Source of the DNA: a virus
Lineage: Duplodnaviria; Caudoviricetes
IMG/VR virus record: IMGVR_UViG_3300022670_000465
Coordinates: 1 to 34,371 of that record
Length of the DNA: 34,371 bases
Direction: 5' to 3' (one strand)
Below, one piece after another: positions 7,093 to 13,239 of the stretch. Made by a program: the position numbers and the translations under genes. Position 1 is the stretch's first letter. Every line of letters starts with the position of its first letter. The notes beneath the pieces are model-generated. The model did no database searches. It was not told the DNA's origin and worked only from the letters and a program-made list of their open reading frames with translations.

Positions 7093-7277
7093 ACATACCG
7101 GCCATCAGTGGTCACTGCACTCGAGGCCGAGCGCTCGAGTATGATAGCGTGATGCTGTTCACTGCCTATGGTCGCAGTTTTGCTGTGGTCGGATCTTATG
7201 ATGGCGCTGAGTGGGGGCTGTTCCTGGTGGTCAGCGATGAAGAATACGATGACTGGGCGAATCACTTTTGCAGATGA
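7089..7277 (+). CDS. Hypothetical protein
   Basis: GTGA and ATGA coupling at both ends. Confidence 0.5.
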   Translation: MNIPAISGHCTRGRALEYDSVMLFTAYGRSFAVVGSYDGAEWGLFLVVSDEEYDDWANHFCR

Positions 7278-7567
7278 AGAGACGCACATTCATTTTGGGC
7301 GCGGTCGCTGCTGCGGTCAGCGCCGCTCTGCCGGCACTGCCGAGCTACGAGTACAAGACGTATCGCATGGCCTTCAACTTCACACGCGAAACGGTCGGCA
7401 GGAATGAGTATTCTGAGATCGGTGATCGAATGGCTAAGGCGCTGGCCAGGTCGATGATGCAGACCAAGGAGCGAGTCATCGCGGACACGTTGAACCAGAT
7501 GTTTCCAGATTCGGGCGAGGGCGCACGGAGATCGGTCGGGGTCGAGGGCAGTCCTGATCGTATTTAA
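7274..7567 (+). CDS. Twin-arginine-signal protein carrying an MCP-homologous segment
   Basis: MKRRTFILGAVAAAVSAALP; aa 25-77 align without gaps to MCP aa 78-130. Confidence 0.85.
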   Translation: MKRRTFILGAVAAAVSAALPALPSYEYKTYRMAFNFTRETVGRNEYSEIGDRMAKALARSMMQTKERVIADTLNQMFPDSGEGARRSVGVEGSPDRI

Positions 7568-9174
7568 TGATGGCAATGAGCTTGTCGCATCAGCAGGCGA
7601 CCTTCACAGAGATGGAGGCCGAATGGCTGCGTCGAGATCTCAGGCGCTATGTGCCGGCGGTCTGGCCGCTGGTCGAATCCAGGGAGTTCAAAAACAACTG
7701 GCACATTGATGCCATCTGCGACCACCTGGCGTACGTCACGCTGGGAGACATCCGCAACCTGATCATCAACGTACCGCCGCGGCAAACGAAGTCGCTGACG
7801 GTCTCGGTCATCTGGCCTACCTGGTGGTGGGCCGAGGAACCCGAGATCCAGTTCATGTACGCCAGCTACTCGCATGACCTGGCGCTGCGTGATGCGGTCA
7901 AGGCCAGGGACATCATCCAGTCGGGCTGGTACCAGGAACGCTACGGCGGCAAGTTCTACCTGGATCCCGGGCAGAATCAGAAGGCCCGCTACGTCAACGA
8001 CAAGCACGGCTATCGGATCTCGACGTCCTGCCTCGGCAAGACCACGGGCGAAGGCGGCGACGTGCTGTGCATCGATGACCCGCACAACATGGCAGACGTG
8101 CACTCGGATCCGAAGCGCCACTCCACCCTCAGCTGGTACGACAACAGCTGGCGGTCACGTCTTAATGACCCAACCACAGGCCAGAAGGTCATCATCTGTC
8201 AGCGGTCTCACGACATGGACCTGGTCGGGCATATCCTCGACGGCGAAGCCGGCCGCTGGGTAGTGCTGATGCTGCCGAATGAGTACGACACGAAGCGCCA
8301 CTGCCGGACGTTCATCAATCCGAAGGGCCGCGATCTTGACTACAAGGAAATGCTCGAGAAGAAGGTCGAGCCGCTGTACGAGGACCAGCGCACGAAACCT
8401 CGAGACCTGCTCAATCCGCAGCGCTTTGGTGACGAGGAGACCAAGACCGAGAAGGCCGGCATGGGCACGGTCGACTACGAGGCCCAGTACAACCAGGACC
8501 CGGAGGCCGGCGGCGGTCTGATCCTGAAGCGCAAGTGGTGGCAGAACTGGGCGTACCCGCCGAACCACCCGAAGCAGGGCGAGCAGATGCCATACCCTGA
8601 GTGGGAGCAGATCATTTCGGTCTACGACACTGCGTTCAAGAAAGGCCAGGAGAACGATTACTCAGCGCGCACCAGCTGGGGACTGTTCTGGCATTCGATC
8701 ACCGGCCGCAAGGAAGACAACTGCCTCAACGCGATGCTGCTCGAGCGCATGAATGAGCGGATGGAGTTCGGCGAGCTTCGCGAGGCAGCGATCCGGCACG
8801 AGAAGGGCTGGGATCCGGACCACACGCTGATCGAAGACAAGGCCTCCGGCATCAGCCTGATCCAGGAGTTCGAGGCCGGCGGCATCCCGGTGTGGAAAGT
8901 GAAGGCGGGACCTGAGGACCTGGCGTATCGAGCGCACATGGTCTCGGGGATCCTGCGTGCCGGCAGGATCTGGTACGTCTCGAGGGACTGGGCGTTCGAC
9001 GTCATCAGCCAGTGCGCCAAGTTCCCGCTGGTCGAGCATGACGACCTGGTCGCCACCTGCGTGATCGCCTGGGCGTTCATGCGGCGGATGGGCGACATGG
9101 AGCTACCGGACGACGAGAAGGCCAACGAACTTGCGCTCTGGACCAGGCCGAAGCCCAAGTCGCCATATGGCTAA
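7567..9174 (+). CDS. terL: Terminase large subunit
   Basis: Walker A-like NVPPRQTKS, Walker B LCIDDPH, QYNQDP, nuclease motifs YDTA..DYSA, IEDKASG and HDDLV. Confidence 0.97.
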   Translation: MMAMSLSHQQATFTEMEAEWLRRDLRRYVPAVWPLVESREFKNNWHIDAICDHLAYVTLGDIRNLIINVPPRQTKSLTVSVIWPTWWWAEEPEIQFMYASYSHDLALRDAVKARDIIQSGWYQERYGGKFYLDPGQNQKARYVNDKHGYRISTSCLGKTTGEGGDVLCIDDPHNMADVHSDPKRHSTLSWYDNSWRSRLNDPTTGQKVIICQRSHDMDLVGHILDGEAGRWVVLMLPNEYDTKRHCRTFINPKGRDLDYKEMLEKKVEPLYEDQRTKPRDLLNPQRFGDEETKTEKAGMGTVDYEAQYNQDPEAGGGLILKRKWWQNWAYPPNHPKQGEQMPYPEWEQIISVYDTAFKKGQENDYSARTSWGLFWHSITGRKEDNCLNAMLLERMNERMEFGELREAAIRHEKGWDPDHTLIEDKASGISLIQEFEAGGIPVWKVKAGPEDLAYRAHMVSGILRAGRIWYVSRDWAFDVISQCAKFPLVEHDDLVATCVIAWAFMRRMGDMELPDDEKANELALWTRPKPKSPYG

Positions 9175-9613
9175 TCGAGCGAGCTACGATTTCCTGGTGC
9201 TCGATGTACCGACAATCGGAGAGCGGAAGTTCGTTAAATATCGGCGAGGTCCCTGCGGGGTCAATTCGCGATTGCGTCGGCGGTTCGGACTAGAAATGGT
9301 TCTGATCAAGGCTGAGGACTTTGAGGCTGGATGGTCTATTGATGCAGGGTATATCCCAGAAGACTTGTCGACGGGCAGAAGAGCCAGGAACGTAGAGGTA
9401 TCGGACCATCGATTCGAACGGTTTGAAAAGTTCCTTGCTGAGAATGGAGCCATCGAAACCGCCAATGTAGGCATCCATGCAGGTGGGCATATCGGCGTTA
9501 GGGATGGTCGCCACAGGACTCGCGTACTGTTGAATCTGGGAATGGAAGCCATACCAGTGACCATGACAAAGGAATCTGTGGATCTTTTCGAGCGGTACCG
9601 CGAACTATTGTGA
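9167..9613 (+). CDS. ParB/Sulfiredoxin-fold protein (Osa/fertility-inhibition-like)
   Basis: DGRHR motif followed by VLLNLGMEAIPV; visibly more AT-rich than its flanks. Confidence 0.6.
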   Translation: MANRASYDFLVLDVPTIGERKFVKYRRGPCGVNSRLRRRFGLEMVLIKAEDFEAGWSIDAGYIPEDLSTGRRARNVEVSDHRFERFEKFLAENGAIETANVGIHAGGHIGVRDGRHRTRVLLNLGMEAIPVTMTKESVDLFERYRELL

Positions 9614-9617
9614 GCGG

Positions 9618-9626
9618 TGCTATACT
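9618..9626 (+). promoter_or_regulatory. Extended -10 promoter candidate
   Basis: TG-c-TATACT in an intergenic gap. Confidence 0.45.
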
Positions 9627-9706
9627 TGGCCTGCCCAAGCGAAGTGGGTGGCCTCCATCGAAGATCGCGCCCAGTGATCTTAGACGCCAGGGCCACCGTG
9701 GACGAA

Positions 9707-9744
9707 GTGGCGCCGGGTTTTTCGAATGACCGGCGCTGCTTTTT
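9707..9744 (+). terminator. Intrinsic terminator candidate
   Basis: GTGGCGCCGG/CCGGCGCTGC stem followed by TTTTT. Confidence 0.6.
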
Positions 9745-9770
9745 GAATCACGCCTGAGAGGTCTGATGCA

Positions 9771-10082
9771 ATGAAAATTGGCCTGGTCAAGAACTGGGAC
9801 GGCCCGCGGAGACGATTCGTTTATCTCTTCACGCCGGGCGACAATGACTCGCTCGAAATCATCGAGCTTGAACACGAGAGAGATTTTCAAGAAGGCCTGC
9901 CATGCAATCGTGAGCTTCACGAATTGCCTGCCGAGGTAGCGGCCGAGATCAATATCTCGATGGGCGGCGCCGGCATGCTGGCGCTGAAGCCGAACTGGTG
10001 GGGCAGGCGTAAGGCCAGCTTCTGGCTCTTCAAGAATCGCTGGCACCTGCGCTGGATTAAGCTGACGCGAAAGCCGGTATGA
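9771..10082 (+). CDS. Hypothetical protein
   Basis: GAGG RBS; ATGA coupling downstream. Confidence 0.65.
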   Translation: MKIGLVKNWDGPRRRFVYLFTPGDNDSLEIIELEHERDFQEGLPCNRELHELPAEVAAEINISMGGAGMLALKPNWWGRRKASFWLFKNRWHLRWIKLTRKPV

Positions 10083-10318
10083 GCCGGACCACCAAGATGA
10101 TCAGTGACGCTGAGATCATGTTCGCGAGGAGCGATGCGTGCGTGGCGATGGAATCGCTGCGCGGTCGCTGGCATGAGATGTCTGATGACTGGCGCGCTTT
10201 CACCGGGGGCTGGTGCCTTGCCTACAGCCTTAAGCTTGACAAGGTGCTGGCCAGGCACGGCATTAAGCTTGACAACGATCCAGAGCTTGAGCGTTTATTG
10301 GCGAAGCGCTATGAGTAG
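10079..10318 (+). CDS. Hypothetical protein
   Basis: ATGA coupling. Confidence 0.55.
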   Translation: MSRTTKMISDAEIMFARSDACVAMESLRGRWHEMSDDWRAFTGGWCLAYSLKLDKVLARHGIKLDNDPELERLLAKRYE

Positions 10319-10502
10319 GTGGAGTCATTTGATCTGCGATGGTTGCTGGAGTGAGCGACATCCACATCGAGAGCCGATCAGAATAAAAGATCCCGAGACT
10401 GAGCCGTGCTGCTTTTGTGATATCCCGACGAGTTCAGGAGTCTGGCTACGTGCTGATCCTGCCAACATGTCATGCAGGCACGTGGAAGCGGTCGGTGGCT
10501 GA
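10311..10502 (+). CDS. Small Zn-finger protein
   Basis: HLICDGCW...EPCCFC; overlapping start. Confidence 0.65.
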   Translation: MSRWSHLICDGCWSERHPHREPIRIKDPETEPCCFCDIPTSSGVWLRADPANMSCRHVEAVGG

Positions 10503-10686
10503 AGAGGCAGATTTCGAGGGCGCGTTTCTGGCCTTTGCTACATTGCTCGATGCCATCGAGCGAGCAGTAGATGATGGCAGCCGGGAAGAGGTCGATCGCT
10601 TGGTTCACACTCGTTTCGAGCTAGTCGAGCAGTACGGCCTGACGGTCGAATTCACAGGGATGCTGGTCAGTGGCAAAAAGCACTGA
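10495..10686 (+). CDS. Hypothetical protein
   Basis: GTG start overlapping the previous stop. Confidence 0.55.
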   Translation: MAEEADFEGAFLAFATLLDAIERAVDDGSREEVDRLVHTRFELVEQYGLTVEFTGMLVSGKKH

Positions 10687-10915
10687 AGGCTCGGATCGGA
10701 TTTCGCAGAGGCATGGCGGCAAGGTCCCGCTGCAGTACTGGCAGAAGTCATTCCTGATCGACATCGAGCCGGACCCGACGGCGCCGTATGTCTCGAGGAT
10801 CGGCAAGACAACCTACATCGACACCAGGCACCCGGCGTACACCCGGTGGCTGGTCGGATTTGTGAAGGGCGCGGCGAAAGCCGTCGACCAGGCACTCAAG
10901 AGGAAAACACATTGA
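10670..10915 (+). CDS. Hypothetical protein
   Basis: Overlapping ORF; GC3-rich. Confidence 0.6.
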   Translation: MAKSTEGSDRISQRHGGKVPLQYWQKSFLIDIEPDPTAPYVSRIGKTTYIDTRHPAYTRWLVGFVKGAAKAVDQALKRKTH

Positions 10916-11271
10916 GCAATCAGATTGAGGAAACTTCGTGGGTTGAGCATCGCTGGCTTTGCGACCGGCAGCACAAGCATCTGTCGATTGACAAAGCTAT
11001 TGCTTGCAATGTGAGGTCTGAGAAAGCCAGAAATAAACGACGAGGCAAGGATGAAGGTCACCCAAGGCCTGGACATATCGACACCGAAACAGCGGTAAAG
11101 CGATTTCATAAGAACGACCTGAAGATGTCGACACAAATGATCGTAGGGCTATACACATATGGCTTTTTGCCTGGCTACAGAATGGGTGGTCATAGGGGCA
11201 GAGTTTATATTCGTGAGAAGGATCTCGATAGTTTCGGCGCGTTCCTCAAAACGATTTTGGAGAACCAATGA
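10912..11271 (+). CDS. Putative excisionase-like HTH DNA-binding protein
   Basis: GAGG RBS, TTGA coupling; C-terminal GFLPGYRMGG..RVYIREKDLDSF resembles the HTH_17/Xis wing. Confidence 0.5.
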   Translation: MSNQIEETSWVEHRWLCDRQHKHLSIDKAIACNVRSEKARNKRRGKDEGHPRPGHIDTETAVKRFHKNDLKMSTQMIVGLYTYGFLPGYRMGGHRGRVYIREKDLDSFGAFLKTILENQ

Positions 11272-11675
11272 TGGAAAGAGCCATGCACGCGAGCGCGCCT
11301 GAAGGCCATAAGTGCGCTGATTGCATGCTGGCCGAGCAACCATGCCCGACGTGTTACGGCCAGTGGTGGCAGAAGCAACACCCGAATTTCCGAGAGATCT
11401 CTGTGGTCACCGAGCTTCCCGTCGGTAAGTACGACGCTGTGAGGACGCTGCGGCATGCGTTGCAGCGGGCGGAAGCCGGTAAGATCAAGACGGTGATCTT
11501 AATCTTGACTGATGGCCTCGACGAGGACGATAAACATCCTGATGGCGTAGATCTGTCGGCGCTCTGGTCTGACATGACTCGTGAGCAGGTGCTGTGGTGC
11601 CAGCGCTGGTTCAACAGCTGGCTCAATAAGCGGTACTTCGGCAACTTTCACCCCGACCAGGAGGATGACGAGTGA
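11268..11675 (+). CDS. Hypothetical protein with N-terminal Cys cluster
   Basis: HKCADC..EQPCPTC; GGAG RBS. Confidence 0.7.
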   Translation: MMERAMHASAPEGHKCADCMLAEQPCPTCYGQWWQKQHPNFREISVVTELPVGKYDAVRTLRHALQRAEAGKIKTVILILTDGLDEDDKHPDGVDLSALWSDMTREQVLWCQRWFNSWLNKRYFGNFHPDQEDDE

Positions 11676-11875
11676 ACTCGACGGCCCCGCGCTCACTGAA
11701 AGGCTGGCTGGAAAGAAACCTCGCCATGTACATTGGCCTGATCGCTTTCTCCGGCGGCATTGCATTGATCACAAGCTGGAAGGCTGGTGTTGCTGTGTTC
11801 CTGATCATCTGGGGCGTGATCGCGTTTTTCGGTGCGATAGCCACGGAAAGCAAACGACAGGAGAAGGAGGACTAA
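11672..11875 (+). CDS. Small membrane protein
   Basis: GGAGG RBS; two TM-like segments. Confidence 0.7.
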   Translation: MNSTAPRSLKGWLERNLAMYIGLIAFSGGIALITSWKAGVAVFLIIWGVIAFFGAIATESKRQEKED

Positions 11876-12126
11876 TGAAAGCCGACGAGATCCCAGATTT
11901 TATTGTCGAGATGATGGAGAAGGTCGAGCTTGGCATCGATACTTTTAGTGCCAAGCGGTTGGGCGAGATTCCAGAGGATTCGATGCTGCAGGTTGCTTAC
12001 CCTGAGTTCCTGGAACTGATGCTGAGCATCGAGTATTACGACGACAACGACGAGTACATCGATCACCAGCAGGTCTGGATCAAGATCCCATGGCCGGAGG
12101 TGCACCATAGTGGGCGATCCAGTTAA
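11875..12126 (+). CDS. Hypothetical acidic protein
   Basis: AGGAGG RBS, TAATG coupling. Confidence 0.7.
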   Translation: MKADEIPDFIVEMMEKVELGIDTFSAKRLGEIPEDSMLQVAYPEFLELMLSIEYYDDNDEYIDHQQVWIKIPWPEVHHSGRSS

Positions 12127-12406
12127 GCAAGAGATCATCGAGGACGCCGAGTGGATCGAGTCCAAGGAATACACTGGTCTGCTCGACCTGCGCGCAGCTG
12201 ATGGCACGCTGCTGGCCTGGATCCAGCGCCGGAATAACTACTGCGACCGCGGCCACTACCAGGGACAGATTGAGTACAGCCCGGGCAATCCGATCGACGC
12301 GGCCGATGGCATGCCGCAGTACTACATGCGCGTCGAGGTCGCGAAGCAGGAGATCCGCGAGAAACTGCTCTGGCGATTGTGTAAGATTCGAGCCGGGACC
12401 GGCTGA
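12110..12406 (+). CDS. Hypothetical protein
   Basis: GGAGG RBS; YCDRGHY...YY pattern. Confidence 0.7.
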   Translation: MGDPVKQEIIEDAEWIESKEYTGLLDLRAADGTLLAWIQRRNNYCDRGHYQGQIEYSPGNPIDAADGMPQYYMRVEVAKQEIREKLLWRLCKIRAGTG

Positions 12407-12492
12407 CTGAACACCGCAATTAGACCGGCGGGCTTTGCGTCTTTGGACACATTTGGGATGGCTGCCGGTCCCACTTTCACAAGGAGAAATCG

Positions 12493-12714
12493 ATGAGCAC
12501 GATCTACTACTGTGACGCTGCAAGCTGCAACAAGAAAGAACCTGGCCGACCATCTAGCTCTGGCTGGGCACCGCCAGACGGCTGGTCGACTTTCGCGCAA
12601 GGAATGGACGTCGTCGACGCCTGCAGCCCGGAGCATCAGGAGGCGATCGAAGCCGCCAATACGCCTGAAGAGGAACCCGAAGAGGAAGCCGAGGCTGAGG
12701 CCGAAGAGAGTTGA
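12493..12714 (+). CDS. Small Cys-containing protein with acidic tail
   Basis: AAGGAG RBS; CDAASC...PPDGW...DACSPEH. Confidence 0.7.
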   Translation: MSTIYYCDAASCNKKEPGRPSSSGWAPPDGWSTFAQGMDVVDACSPEHQEAIEAANTPEEEPEEEAEAEAEES

Positions 12715-13178
12715 GTCGGCTGGTCCTGTGGCCTGACCCGCGACTGCGTGAGATCTGCGCGGAAGTGCGGGAGGACACGGACTGCAGCGAGATCATCGAT
12801 GCCCTGATCGAGGTGAAGGAAGAGCATCACGGCCTGGGCATCGCGGCTCCGCAGATCGGCGCGATGGTCCGCATCATCGTCGTCGAAGATTTGATCGTCA
12901 TCAATCCGCGCATCGTGAAGCGCTCCCAGCAAAGGCGTTGGGTCTGGGAGGGCTGTCTGTCATTCCCCGAGACCTTGCCGAAGTACGCCCAGGACATGGG
13001 TATGGTGCGCGATGGCGATCGAGTGCGCGTGCGCCGGCACAAGCGGATCCAGGTCGAAGGCTTTGACCGCAACTGGAAACCGTTCACAGCGAGAGGACGC
13101 GATTGGAAAGGCGCGTGCCTTGAACATGAGATCGAACATCTCGACGGCATCACGTTGAACGATCACCGTAGACGATAG
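12711..13178 (+). CDS. def: Peptide deformylase
   Basis: All three PDF motifs: GLGIAAPQIG, EGCLS, HEIEHLDG. Confidence 0.96.
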   Translation: MSRLVLWPDPRLREICAEVREDTDCSEIIDALIEVKEEHHGLGIAAPQIGAMVRIIVVEDLIVINPRIVKRSQQRRWVWEGCLSFPETLPKYAQDMGMVRDGDRVRVRRHKRIQVEGFDRNWKPFTARGRDWKGACLEHEIEHLDGITLNDHRRR

Positions 13179-13180
13179 AT

Positions 13181-13210
13181 TTGCTGCAGTACATTGCGTG
13201 CGTGTACACT
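13181..13210 (+). promoter_or_regulatory. Possible sigma70-type promoter for the head operon
   Basis: TTGCTG-18 nt-TACACT upstream of the portal RBS. Confidence 0.3.
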
Positions 13211-13239
13211 TCGCGAAACCGGTGCGGAGGGCGACCGCG

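Noticed and set aside
1-7566. Terminase small subunit upstream of terL
   Set aside because: No ORF shows a convincing TerS HTH/coiled-coil pattern; it may lie outside the window or be unrecognisable by eye
3019-7567. DGR or retroelement template-variable repeat origin for the MCP-like blocks
   Set aside because: No reverse transcriptase in the window; the differences from the MCP gene are not adenine-specific and the DNA copies are too diverged
13198-13239. Longer portal start given in the ORF track (likewise 17272, 9131, 5952, 6245, 32325)
   Set aside because: Downstream starts have a clear RBS or stop-start coupling
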